A stretch of DNA of 56,711 bases from Rhodothermales bacterium (GCA_012271185.1 JAAXGV010000096.1:1-56711); one strand, 5' to 3'. Numbered from the stretch's first letter, positions 39,501 to 49,259 are shown. Program-made: numbers and translations. The notes: generated by a model from the letters alone, not told the origin.

Positions 39501-40775
39501 ATGATGAAAACAGTATGTCTGGCGACATTGCTGCTGCTTACGCTTGGCGCCTGCCAGGATGATGTGGCTGTAAGCACCATGCTGTGTTCTCAGCATGGCA
39601 ACAACGACGGGCTGACGCTGCAAGACGGCTTCTGCGCGATCGTGGTGGCCGACTCGCTCGGACGTGCCCGCCACCTGACCGTGCGCGATAACGGGGATAT
39701 CTTCGTTGCACTGCGCCAGCAAAACGACCACGGTGCCATCGCCGCCCTGCGAGACACCGACGGCGACGGGCGCGCAGACACCATGGCCTTCTTTGGTGAC
39801 ATCGGCGGCACAGGAATCCACCTGCGCGGGGACTACCTGTACTTTGCTGCCGACACGTTTATCGTCCGCTATCCCATGGGCCTGGGCCTGGTGCCAATCG
39901 ACGAGGCGGAACCCATTGTCACCGGCTTTGTCCGCCAGCGCAGCCACGCTGTCAAGCCCTTCGAGTTCGACAATGCAGGCAATCTCTACGTCAACATTGG
40001 TGCGCCATCCAACGCCTGCATGGAGCAGACCCGTACGCCTGAAAGTCCAGGTCAGGACCCGTGTCCGCTCCTGGAGGGGACTGGTGGCGTGTGGCGCTTT
40101 GCTGCCGATCAGACAGGACAGACTTTGGAAGATGGCATACGCTATGCCACAGGTATCCGCAATGGTGTGGCCAATGCGTGGAACACTGCCATGGACAAGC
40201 TCTATGTGGTGCAGCATGGCAGGGACGATCTGCACCGCTTCTGGCCCGACCGCTATACGGAAGAGCAGAACAACGACCTGCCGTCGGAAGAATTCTTTGA
40301 GGTTGAAGAGGGAGATGATTTCGGCTGGCCATACTGCTATCACGATCACCTGCAGGGTTTGAAGCTGCTTAACCCCGAGTACGGTGGCGATGGTGCTCTG
40401 GTGGGCCGCTGTGCGGACATGAAGGGACCTATTCACGGGTTTCCCGGGCACTGGGCGCCCAACGACCTGCTGTTCTATCAGGGGACGATGTTTCCGGAGC
40501 GTTTCCATGGGGGTGTCTTCGTGGCGTTTCACGGCTCATGGAACAGGTCTCCGGTGCAGCAGGGCTTCCAGATCACGTTTCTGCCTTTTGCGGACGGGGC
40601 CGTAACGGGCGATCCCGAGATGTTTGCCGACGGATTTGCGGGCGCGAACACGGTGGCTGTGTCCAACGCCGCACGGGCGCGCCCGACGGGGCTTGCCACG
40701 GGTCCGGACGGATCGTTGTACATCTCTGATTCCGTCAAGGGCCGCATCTGGCGGATCGTTTACGTGGAAATCTGA
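39501..40775 (+). CDS. PQQ-dependent sugar (glucose/sorbosone) dehydrogenase-like beta-propeller protein
   Basis: 424 aa with a lipoprotein-like signal (LLLTLGAC). It has propeller repeats and a C-terminal GLATGPDGSLYISDSVKGRIWRI. Confidence 0.75.
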   Translation: MMKTVCLATLLLLTLGACQDDVAVSTMLCSQHGNNDGLTLQDGFCAIVVADSLGRARHLTVRDNGDIFVALRQQNDHGAIAALRDTDGDGRADTMAFFGDIGGTGIHLRGDYLYFAADTFIVRYPMGLGLVPIDEAEPIVTGFVRQRSHAVKPFEFDNAGNLYVNIGAPSNACMEQTRTPESPGQDPCPLLEGTGGVWRFAADQTGQTLEDGIRYATGIRNGVANAWNTAMDKLYVVQHGRDDLHRFWPDRYTEEQNNDLPSEEFFEVEEGDDFGWPYCYHDHLQGLKLLNPEYGGDGALVGRCADMKGPIHGFPGHWAPNDLLFYQGTMFPERFHGGVFVAFHGSWNRSPVQQGFQITFLPFADGAVTGDPEMFADGFAGANTVAVSNAARARPTGLATGPDGSLYISDSVKGRIWRIVYVEI

Positions 40776-40785
40776 CAGACCGGGC

Positions 40786-43710
40786 ATGGCGTTGCGTGCG
40801 CTGCCGGATTTTCTGGCCGCCTTGCGGTCCCAGTGCGAGGGGGAGGTCCGCACGGACGACTACAGCCGTATCCTGTACAGCACTGATGCGAGCATCTACC
40901 AGGTGATGCCGCACGGTGTGATGTTTCCGCGTTCCGCTGCGGATGTCCAGGCGGTCATCACACTGGCTGCGCAGCATGGCATCGCGCTCGTGCCCCGCAC
41001 AGGTGGCAGCAGCCTCGCCGGGCAGGCCATCGGGGAGGCACTGGTGATGGATTTCACGGCGCACCTGAACGGGATCCTGGAATACTCCCGGGAAGAGCAG
41101 TGGGTGCGTGTGGAGCCCGGCATCGTGCTGGACCAGCTGAACCTGGAGCTGGCATCCTCGGGGCTTCAGTTCGGACCGGACCCGGCCAGCGCCAACCGTG
41201 CTGCGATGGGTGGCATCGTGTCCAACAACTCCACAGGCAGCCACTCCATCTGCTACGGCATGACAGCGGACCATGTCTTGGCTATGAACGTGGTGCTCAG
41301 CGATGGATCCCGCACGCATCTGGGACCGGTGGAGGGTAATGCACTGGAGCAGTTTTCCAGGCGCAGCGGGCTGGAAGGTGCACTCTATCGGGGTCTTCAG
41401 GACCTGGTTGGCGCGCCTGCCAACAGGGAGACGATCCTGGAAGGCACACCGCGCCACTGGCGTCGCTGTGGTGGCTACAACCTTGACCGCTTTGTGGGTG
41501 CAGGTCCGTCTTTCCGATGGCCGCAGGATGAGCGCTTCAACCTGGCCAAGCTGGTTTGTGGCGCTGAGGGAACGCTGGCTGTTATTGAAGACGTGAAGCT
41601 GAACCTTGTCCCTGTGCCGCCGGCCAAGGGACTGGGCGTAGTGCACTTTGAGAGCATCCATGAGGCGCTCAGTGCTGTGCCCGCGATTCTGGAGGTGTCG
41701 CCCAGCGCCGTTGAGCTGCTGGACAGCCTGGGCCTGTCGCTGTGTCGCGGCGTGCCCGAGTATGCCCGGCTGCTCACCCGCTTTATCGAAGGCAGGCCTG
41801 ACTGCATACTGATCACCGAGTTCTGCGGATCAGACCAGGGCGAGGTGGCTGAGAAGGTGGACGCCCTTCGCAGGCACCTCCGGAGCCATGCATCAGGCAG
41901 CGTGGTCGCGGTCTTGGACCCGAAGCATCAGCAGGACGTGTGGAAAGTGCGCAAGGTGGGGCTGGGGCTGCTGATGAGCATCAAGGGCGACCACAAGCCG
42001 ATCCCGTTTATTGAAGACGCTGCTGTGCCTACGGAGCACCTTGCGCAGTACGTTCAGGAGATTGACCGCTTCTGCCAGGAGCGTGGTACGCGCGTAGCAT
42101 ACTATGCGCATGCCAGCGCCGGCTGCGTGCATATCCGGCCGCTGATCAACACGAAGGCCGCTGCTGAGCTTGAGAAGATCCCGGAGATCACCGCTTTCGC
42201 TGTCGGGCTTTTGCGCGGCTGCGGCGGCGCCCTCTCCAGTGAGCACGGCGATGGCCGCGCGCGCAGCTGGATGAACGAACGCTTCTTCGGACCGGCCCTT
42301 TACGGGCTGTACAAGGAGGTGAAGAAGCTCTTCGATCCGCACAATATCCTGAACCCGGGCAATGTGGTTGATGGCCCTCCGGTTACGGACAACCTGCGCT
42401 ACGGAGCAGACTATGGTGTGATTCCGCTGCCACTGAAGCTTGACTGGCATCAGGACATGGGCTTTGACCGTGCAGTGGAGATGTGCAACGGCGCCGGCAT
42501 CTGCCGCAAGGCGACGGCGGGTACAATGTGCCCGAGCTTTATGGCCACGCGGGAAGAGGAGCACTCCACGCGGGGTCGCGCCAATGCCCTTCGTGCCGCC
42601 CTGTCAGGAAGGCTGCCGCACAGCGAGCTCACCAGCCGCAGGATGTACGAGGTGATGGACCTGTGTGTGGAGTGCAAGGCATGCAAAGCCGAGTGTCCTT
42701 CCTCGGTGGACATGGCCAAGATCAAGTTCGAGTTTCTGGCCCAGTATCATGCCAGGCACGGCATACCGGTCCGGAGCCGTCTTTTCGGCCATGCCTGGCA
42801 GCTGGGACGCCTGGGCAGTGGCCCGCATGCGGGGCTTATCAACCGCATGCTGGGAAGCCGGGCGGTGCGTCACGGCCTGGAAGCGATGCTGGGCCTGAGC
42901 CGCCAGCGCACACTGCCTGCGTACGCCCGGGAGCCGTTTACACGATGGTTCCGGCGGCGGCGCCAAGGCGCTCAGAACGGCCGTCCGCAGGTCGTGCTGC
43001 TGAACGACACCTTTACGACCTGCCACGAGCCGGAGATTGCCATCAGCACTACGAAGGTTCTGGAGGCTGCAGGCTTTGAGGTTGTGCTTCCGGGTCACCG
43101 CTGCTGCGGACGGCCGATGATTTCCAAGGGCCTGGTTGATGCGGCCCGGCGTGCCGCACGCCATACTGTGGACCGGCTTGCGCCGTTTGCCAGGCGCGGC
43201 ATCCCGATCATCGGCTTGGAGCCCAGCTGCCTGCTGTCTTTGCGCGATGAGTATCTGTACCTCCTGCCGGACGATCATGCAGCGCAGCAGGTGGCCGCGC
43301 ATGCTGTGCTGTTTGAGGAGTTTCTGGCCCGTCTGGCTGATGAAGGGCAGCTTGCGCTGGCGTTTACGCGCACGGAACGCCGCGTGCTGCTGCACAGCCA
43401 CTGCCATCAGAAGGCACTGGTAGGGTCAGCCCCCGGCATGCGTGTGCTGTCGCTGCCCGAAGGCTATGATGTGCACGAGGTGGACTCAGGCTGCTGCGGC
43501 ATGGCCGGCTCGTTTGGATACGAGAAGGAGCACTACGATATTTCGGTGAAGATGGCTGAGCGCCGCCTTTTACCTGCCGTGCGCGAGGAGGAAGAAGACA
43601 CCATCCTGGTGGCTGCGGGGGTCAGCTGCCGCCACCAGATCAGGCATGGCTCGGGCCGCACAGCGTTGCATCCGGCACAGGTTGTCCATGGCGCGCTCCT
43701 TGCACCCTGA
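40786..43710 (+). CDS. FAD-binding oxidase fused to an Fe-S/CCG domain (GlcD-GlpC-like)
   Basis: The start is moved to the ATG at 40786 (MALRALPDF). It has an FAD PCMH domain (RTGGSSLAGQA), a ferredoxin-type cluster (CVECKACKAECP) and CCG motifs (HRCCGRP, SGCCGMAGSFG). Confidence 0.9.
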   Translation: MALRALPDFLAALRSQCEGEVRTDDYSRILYSTDASIYQVMPHGVMFPRSAADVQAVITLAAQHGIALVPRTGGSSLAGQAIGEALVMDFTAHLNGILEYSREEQWVRVEPGIVLDQLNLELASSGLQFGPDPASANRAAMGGIVSNNSTGSHSICYGMTADHVLAMNVVLSDGSRTHLGPVEGNALEQFSRRSGLEGALYRGLQDLVGAPANRETILEGTPRHWRRCGGYNLDRFVGAGPSFRWPQDERFNLAKLVCGAEGTLAVIEDVKLNLVPVPPAKGLGVVHFESIHEALSAVPAILEVSPSAVELLDSLGLSLCRGVPEYARLLTRFIEGRPDCILITEFCGSDQGEVAEKVDALRRHLRSHASGSVVAVLDPKHQQDVWKVRKVGLGLLMSIKGDHKPIPFIEDAAVPTEHLAQYVQEIDRFCQERGTRVAYYAHASAGCVHIRPLINTKAAAELEKIPEITAFAVGLLRGCGGALSSEHGDGRARSWMNERFFGPALYGLYKEVKKLFDPHNILNPGNVVDGPPVTDNLRYGADYGVIPLPLKLDWHQDMGFDRAVEMCNGAGICRKATAGTMCPSFMATREEEHSTRGRANALRAALSGRLPHSELTSRRMYEVMDLCVECKACKAECPSSVDMAKIKFEFLAQYHARHGIPVRSRLFGHAWQLGRLGSGPHAGLINRMLGSRAVRHGLEAMLGLSRQRTLPAYAREPFTRWFRRRRQGAQNGRPQVVLLNDTFTTCHEPEIAISTTKVLEAAGFEVVLPGHRCCGRPMISKGLVDAARRAARHTVDRLAPFARRGIPIIGLEPSCLLSLRDEYLYLLPDDHAAQQVAAHAVLFEEFLARLADEGQLALAFTRTERRVLLHSHCHQKALVGSAPGMRVLSLPEGYDVHEVDSGCCGMAGSFGYEKEHYDISVKMAERRLLPAVREEEEDTILVAAGVSCRHQIRHGSGRTALHPAQVVHGALLAP

Positions 43711-43756
43711 AAGTTCGTGAAAGAAGGGAGCTCCTGAAAGGCCCGTCCTGGGCTCA

Positions 43757-44206
43757 CACTCGCCTCGGCGCTGCTGCCTCTCGCTCACCCGGCGTTCTGA
43801 AATCCGCTGCTTCCGCGAGCTGCTAGCCCAGGAGAGTGTTGAGGGTAACCACCGCGCTGATTACGATAACGCTCATGCTGATAACCCACAGCAGGATCCG
43901 CATCTTACTGTCTATTACAGCATTCTGCATGTCCAGCTTGTTGTTCTGCGCTTCCAGTCGGGCATTTACGGCATCCAGCTTGGGTTCCATGGCGCCTTGG
44001 AATTGAGCGATAAGATTGGCACTGGCCATGGTTTGAAGTTCTTGAACGAAGGAGTAGGCCTCCTCCTCTTTCAGGCCCAGCTTCAGAAGCAGCAGAAACA
44101 GGTGCTTATCGTCCGGAGAAGGCCGCATCTCGGCCATTGTGAAGATACGTGGCGAAGGCTGCTGGTACCACCGCTCGGGTGCAAGGGTCGCAGGCGCTTC
44201 CCTGCG
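43757..44206. repeat. left copy of the roughly 450-bp direct repeat bracketing islet 2
   Basis: It aligns by eye with 49503-49947. The alignment covers a repeat-family segment, the whole 104-aa gene, and about 70 nt upstream including the hairpin CGCAGG-CGCTTC-CCTGCG. Confidence 0.85.
43823..44137 (-). CDS. tail-anchored coiled-coil membrane protein, copy 1
   Basis: 104 aa from the ATG at 44137 (MAEMRPSPDDKHLF...). The start is chosen because the paralog begins at the equivalent Met. The C-terminal TM helix is ILLWVISMSVIVISAVVTL. Architecture resembles DUF1640/XhlA-type proteins (architecture only). Confidence 0.7.
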   Translation of the reverse strand: MAEMRPSPDDKHLFLLLLKLGLKEEEAYSFVQELQTMASANLIAQFQGAMEPKLDAVNARLEAQNNKLDMQNAVIDSKMRILLWVISMSVIVISAVVTLNTLLG

Positions 44207-45136
44207 CCCTGACAGTCCGCGAAAGAAACGGGGTTTCTGAAAGACCCGTCCTGGGCTCAAACTCACACCCGCCTCGGCGCTGCATTTGGCAGGGTTGGCT
44301 ACCGATGAGCAGTTCGCCTATCCGAACTTCGTGAACCGTTGCAGAGTCCTCTCCGACGATAAGGGCACGGCCTGCCCGAACTTTGTGAACGAACTCACAA
44401 GTCGTATCAGTGCACTGAAGATGATCCCCTACCATCGAGGAGCCGCGAAAGGTGGCACTGACAGAGCGGTCGGCACCCCGCTGCTCCACTTCCACCCCGA
44501 TAGATCCTTTTAGTAACATCTACCATCTCCTTCGCATTAGCCCTTCCGGGAATATGTCTATTGTATGGAAACACTGAGAAACAATTCGAGATCACGAGTG
44601 GGCGGTTTTTTTCGGTCGCCGTGTGTAGGGCCAACGACATTCGTCTGGGTGATGATCGATCGGATCCCTTGCATCAGCTTCGTCTTGCCCCCGGGGGGCG
44701 GGCGACCAGTTCTCGGCTTCCTGCAGGGAGGGTCACAGTTCACTCTGGATCGGCCTGCTACCGGGGTCCCTACTTGAGGCAGGGTGACCCGCCAACTGGC
44801 TGGCCAATCCACTGCACAGCAGCTGGCAAACAATGCGTCTCTTGGGGGCGTGCTTCCCTGGCTGGCGGACTTCTATGCCGGACTTGGGTATAAAAATGAC
44901 GTGGGAGTCGGGTGCGGAATTTGGCCCTCCTGCGATTCACAGGGGATTGTCCGCTTATTCGCAGGCGCGGTCGTATCTTGCGCTTCCTTGGGTGCCACCT
45001 GTGCAGGAAGGAAACCCGGCCCGAATACTCGGTGGAAACTGGAAGGCCCACGCCCTTGCCTTGGTCCTGCCCTATATTGGGGTCCATCGTTCAATGCAAA
45101 CTGTACTGACAAGGCTACGGCTAAAAAGCCAACGAA

Positions 45137-47143
45137 ATGAAAATTGAGATCATCCTGGCAAACGTGGAGGCAGGCAAGATTGCTCTGCCGGAGTTTCAGC
45201 GTGGGTATGTGTGGAAACGGAGGCAGGTACGGGAGTTCTTCGACTCGCTCTATCGAAGGCACCCGGTTGGGGGGCTGCTTACTTGGCTTACTACGCGCGA
45301 CGATGGCACCGCTACAGAACTCCTGCTGGACGGCCAGCAACGGGTGACCTCGCTGTACGGTGTAATCAAGGGCCGATCGCCGAATTTCTTCAGCGGAGAC
45401 GACACGGCGTTCAGCAATCTGTACTTCCACGCTATGCGCGAGAGATTCGAGTTCCTACAGCCAATCAAGATGAAGGATGATCCGCTCTGGTTCGATGTGA
45501 CGAGGGTAATGCAAGCGGGCGCAGGCGGGGTTGCAAGCCTAATAAACAGGCAGCTTGCGGGGGTAAGCGAACTCCATGACTTCGAGTTTCAGATGCAGAT
45601 CATGAATCGCCTCCTTTGGCTTCTGGGAGTGACCGAGGTGAACCTTCACGTCGAGCAGATCACGGATAATAACCAGACTGTCGACACGGTCGTGAACATC
45701 TTCAACCGACTCAACAGTGCAGGTACCAAGTTGTCGCGCGGTGATCTGGCGCTTGCGAGAATCGCTGCGAAGTGGCCCAGGGTCCGCGATAAGATGGGGC
45801 GGCACACCGAGGAGTGGCAGAAACACGGGTTCCACTTCACTCTGGACTGGCTGCTGAGATGCGTGAATGCTGTCGTGAATGGGGAAGCAGCGTTTCAGTA
45901 CCTGCACGACACCCCGGGTCACGAGGTGAAGGATGGCCTGCAACGCACCGTCAAACATGTCGATGCCGTGCTGAATAAGATTTCGGATCGGCTGGGGCTG
46001 GACCATAATCGCGTTCTTTTCGGGCGCTTCTCAATTCCTGTCCTAGTTCGCCATTTGGCGTTACGCCCTCCCGGATTGATGAGTATTGATGAGTGGAATC
46101 AGCTGCTCTACTGGTTCTTGCAGGCGGGAATGCAGGGCCGCTTCTCCGGGACGATGGAGACCACGATCAAGCAGGATTTGGTGTCAGTGGACGGGACACT
46201 AAACGGAATAGAGCGGTTGATCGCGGACATAGGGACAAAGTGGGGGCGGCGGCACGTGGCTGCCTCCGACTTCGATACCTGGTCCCGCGGAGCCCGGTTC
46301 TACCCGGCACTCTACTGGATGACTCGCGTGGGCGGGGCAAGAAATTTCTGCGACGGCATGGAGCTCAAGTCTGGCCTGCTGGGCAAGGGCGCCCAGCTGC
46401 AGGTACACCACATCTTCCCCAAAGCAGTGCTCTATAAGGCTGGATACGAGAGAGCGCAGGTCAACGCACTCGGCAACTTCTGCTTCCTCACTGCCGATTG
46501 CAACTTTTGGATCGGAGCAGCCTGTCCCGCAGAGGAATCTCCCCATAAGAAGGGCAAGCGCGGCTCTGACCTTCGCCGCGTCTGCCTCGCGGGCTACTTC
46601 GCCTTTGTGCAGCAAAAGACCCCCGGAGTTCTGGAGTCCCAGTGGATTCCGATGGACGAGGAGCTATGGAAAGTCGAAAACTATCCGGCATTCCTTGAAG
46701 CCCGACGTAATCTCCTGGCCGACGCCGCTAACCAGCATCTGACCGCCCTGTATCCGGGGCATGCCGAGGCGCTGGATACGGCTGACGGGCCACTTCGGGC
46801 CGCAGTTCCGCCCGCGTCACGGCCACATATCTCCAGTGCGGACGAGGAGAAAGTGCTCAATGAGCTTCAAGACTGGATGTCCAGGCAGTGGCTGCCCTCT
46901 GGCGAGTTTGGCTACGAGCTTCGCGGCATTACCACCGATCGGGCCAAGGCAATAATTGATCTGGCTTGGCCGAGCGGCCTCCTGGAGGGCCGGGGACGTC
47001 CTGTCGCACTTCTCCTGAACGAATCTGCGGAGACGTACCGGACAGTCAGCCAATCCGGATTCGACTGCTACACGAGCGTGGAGGCGTTCAAACAGTACGT
47101 GATCAACGAGATCACCGGAGAAACCACCGCTGCAACCGCCTGA
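45137..47143 (+). CDS. DUF262-DUF1524 (GmrSD-like) nuclease with a C-terminal extension
   Basis: 668 aa. DUF262 motifs are IALPEFQRGYVW and LLDGQQRVTSLY. The His-Me/DUF1524 region is LQVHHIFPKAVL...NALGNFCFLTADCN. A further 190 aa or so are unassigned. Confidence 0.85.
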   Translation: MKIEIILANVEAGKIALPEFQRGYVWKRRQVREFFDSLYRRHPVGGLLTWLTTRDDGTATELLLDGQQRVTSLYGVIKGRSPNFFSGDDTAFSNLYFHAMRERFEFLQPIKMKDDPLWFDVTRVMQAGAGGVASLINRQLAGVSELHDFEFQMQIMNRLLWLLGVTEVNLHVEQITDNNQTVDTVVNIFNRLNSAGTKLSRGDLALARIAAKWPRVRDKMGRHTEEWQKHGFHFTLDWLLRCVNAVVNGEAAFQYLHDTPGHEVKDGLQRTVKHVDAVLNKISDRLGLDHNRVLFGRFSIPVLVRHLALRPPGLMSIDEWNQLLYWFLQAGMQGRFSGTMETTIKQDLVSVDGTLNGIERLIADIGTKWGRRHVAASDFDTWSRGARFYPALYWMTRVGGARNFCDGMELKSGLLGKGAQLQVHHIFPKAVLYKAGYERAQVNALGNFCFLTADCNFWIGAACPAEESPHKKGKRGSDLRRVCLAGYFAFVQQKTPGVLESQWIPMDEELWKVENYPAFLEARRNLLADAANQHLTALYPGHAEALDTADGPLRAAVPPASRPHISSADEEKVLNELQDWMSRQWLPSGEFGYELRGITTDRAKAIIDLAWPSGLLEGRGRPVALLLNESAETYRTVSQSGFDCYTSVEAFKQYVINEITGETTAATA

Positions 47144-47379
47144 TGAATTCCCCATCGAGCCTCATACCTTCGTGGGAATCAGCACCACACCGCCTGACGA
47201 GTTGAATTCCTTGCCGATTCCGACATCTCGGATCACCCTATGTGGGCACGCCGCCGGCCCAAGAGGAGGCCCCGATGGCCGAGAGCGACAGACACAGCTG
47301 CGTGTTGGGGATTGTTTTGAGATATCCCCGATGATCTGCCCTGTAACAACTATTCCTTAGGATAAGTTTAGAGAGGCTG

Positions 47380-47560
47380 ACGCGAGGAATCCAAGCGATG
47401 TCTACTACACACCCGTCGTGATCGTGCACCACCTCGCGAAGAGCATCCTGCGTACCAACGCCATTTGGCCGAGATCGCAAAGACGGATCCCGGAAGAGCG
47501 ACCCAGCACTTTCTTTCCTTTGCCGTGGCCAGCCCGGCGTGTGGGGGCGCCCTCCTCTTC
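47380..47560 (+). pseudogene. possible remnant of an N6-adenine DNA methyltransferase (weak)
   Basis: DVYYTPVVIVHHLAKSIL (compare the G.YYTP..IV motif) lies at 47397 onward. In a shifted frame, DPGRATQHFLSFAV (compare motif I, DPACGSGHFL) starts at 47486. No intact ORF. Confidence 0.25.
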
Positions 47561-48073
47561 CCTTAGGTAGCGGAGATCCTAGCTGAGCGAGTTGTGCTCT
47601 TCCTCGCTAATCATTGCCGAGGCGCTCGATCGGATCGAAGTGGCACCACCGCGGGACGAAATCAGCGATCGTACCCGGGAGAAGGTGATGGACAGCCTCC
47701 AGTCGGGTACTAACGGTTGCCTGAGTCGCTGCGCGAAGATACCCGGTTACTGTCGGGTGGGTAGCGTGACACATGTCGTCATGGGCGCTCCGTCCACACG
47801 GGTTGTGAATACCGCACATCGCTTCAAGGTGCGCGTACCACATAAGATCAATTGCGGTCGCCTGACCATGCTTTCCAATGCAACGCCGTGCACATATCAC
47901 CCCGCCCCGGAACATTGCCATGCTACACCAGCCCGTGGAAGAAACGCCCGACAATCCGGGCGGACAAGTAACCCCCGATCTATGGGCAAATAGGCGGGAA
48001 CCGAGGCTTTTCCCTGCTGCTACAACGATAATCCCTGCTGATTAAATTATTATTACAGCAAGGGAAGAAATTT

Positions 48074-48466
48074 ATGTTTCACCACATTATTCTGGTGGCC
48101 ACTCTGTCAGTCACCACTGCCACATCGGTCAGCGAGCAAGAAGTCTGCAAGCCCGCCCACGAAAAGGAAGCCCGTCAGCGGGTTGCTGTTCTGAACTCCA
48201 ATGGGGAGACGTTGGTCAGGTTCACCGAGTTCTATGTGTTTCTGGAACCGGTGCTCTGGCACACCATCGACTACGAGCGCAAGCGGGTCCTAACGATAGC
48301 ACTCGCGGTCTATCATAACTGCGTCTGGCGACCCGCCAACGTTAAGGATCGGAGGGGCCGCCCGGAAAAAAAAAAAAAGCGCGACAACTGGCTGGTCACG
48401 GTCAAAGACGGCCGGACAGGAAAAAAGCTGGGCTCCATTGGACTGCTCGGGTTCAAGGTTCACTGA
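48074..48466 (+). CDS. small secreted hypothetical protein with a Lys-rich insert
   Basis: 130 aa with a signal-like N-terminus (MFHHIILVATLSVTTATSVS). The upstream region is low in GC. An A13 tract at 48366-48378 encodes EKKKK. Confidence 0.5.
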   Translation: MFHHIILVATLSVTTATSVSEQEVCKPAHEKEARQRVAVLNSNGETLVRFTEFYVFLEPVLWHTIDYERKRVLTIALAVYHNCVWRPANVKDRRGRPEKKKKRDNWLVTVKDGRTGKKLGSIGLLGFKVH

Positions 48467-48611
48467 GTAACCTTTAGGTCCAGCCACGCCTGAAGCATCA
48501 CCTCGCCATACTCCGAACTCGTCGTCGCTGATAGCCGCTGAGTGCTCCTCCGCGGACTAGTCAAGGTATGCCCGAGCCGCCCTCCTCGTTCGGCGTGTGA
48601 TCAGGCGAGTG

Positions 48612-49185
48612 CGGATTTTGGCACCCTTGGGGTTGTGATGGCGTGCGCGAACTGATCTGGTGCGGGGAAAATCAGAACCAACTGAAGGGCCTCGTTGCGA
48701 GTCGCCACAGTATGCGGACGCTGGGCAGAGCAAAGGAGTCGGCTCATGCGCAACGACGAGTGCGACCCTGATTATCCAGAGGAGCACAACCCGCGTGCAC
48801 GGGCCTATGTTGATCCGGGTGCCAAGTAGCTCGGGTTTTCGCGTCAGATTGATTCGATTGCCCGTCCTGCCCCAAATTGCGCGTGAACCGCGCAGGCCGG
48901 ATCAGTCAAGTCCCAATCGTGCTGCAAATTGGTTTTTGCTGGTGTGAGGAGGCAGCCACGGAGCCGGCGCCGCTGGACGAGGTGGAGCAGTAGCTGATGG
49001 AGGTTGGGGTCGAGGCACAAGCGGTGGTAACCGACAATGACTACCCCTCGAATCAGACTATGATGGGCATGCAGGCGCGGAAGCTGCGGAGCTACCTGAG
49101 CAAGCCCCACCAAGGCACCGGAAGTGGAATCGTAATGTGCACCAGCCGGCCTATGTCCACCTGGCAGTGGACCCGGGGCAGGTGA
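48612..49185 (+). pseudogene. IS5-family (IS427/IS1031-like) transposase remnant
   Basis: Across shifted frames are TVCGRWAEQ (compare W.TVY.RF.RW), LIIQRSTTRVHG (compare fIDsT.vRaHq), PSSSGFRVRLI (compare RSRGG..TKIH), and AVVTDNDYPSNQ...ARKLRSYLSKPH (compare vvaDkGYDs..lr..l...gi...ip). An in-frame TAG interrupts it. Confidence 0.5.
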
Positions 49186-49259
49186 TTTGCTGCATCAGCG
49201 CAGCGAACAGATGAAGCGGAATTCGCATACCGGCTCGTGACCGGAGGCTGCGCCGAGTT

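Noticed and set aside
43712-43820. Apparent 110-nt palindrome between the convergent genes, considered as a bidirectional terminator or MITE.
   Set aside because: On counting, only about 14 of 24 outer-arm positions are complementary, and the inner parts do not pair. It is reported only as two abutting partial copies of the repeat family.
44558-44833. Minus-strand ORF containing TGRPPPGGKTKLMQGI, reminiscent of a Walker A P-loop.
   Set aside because: The spacing does not fit GxxxxGK(S/T), nothing else in the ORF looks like an NTPase, and it ends in low-complexity sequence. At most it is unrecognisable debris.
47607-47954. The minus-strand 115-aa Cys/His-rich ORF looked like a tyrosine recombinase fragment (LMWYAHL resembles RYAHL; HDDMCHATH resembles HDLRHT).
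   Set aside because: The two motif-like strings are in the wrong order for an integrase, and the surrounding residues do not match. Third-position G/C is only moderate. I leave it unannotated.
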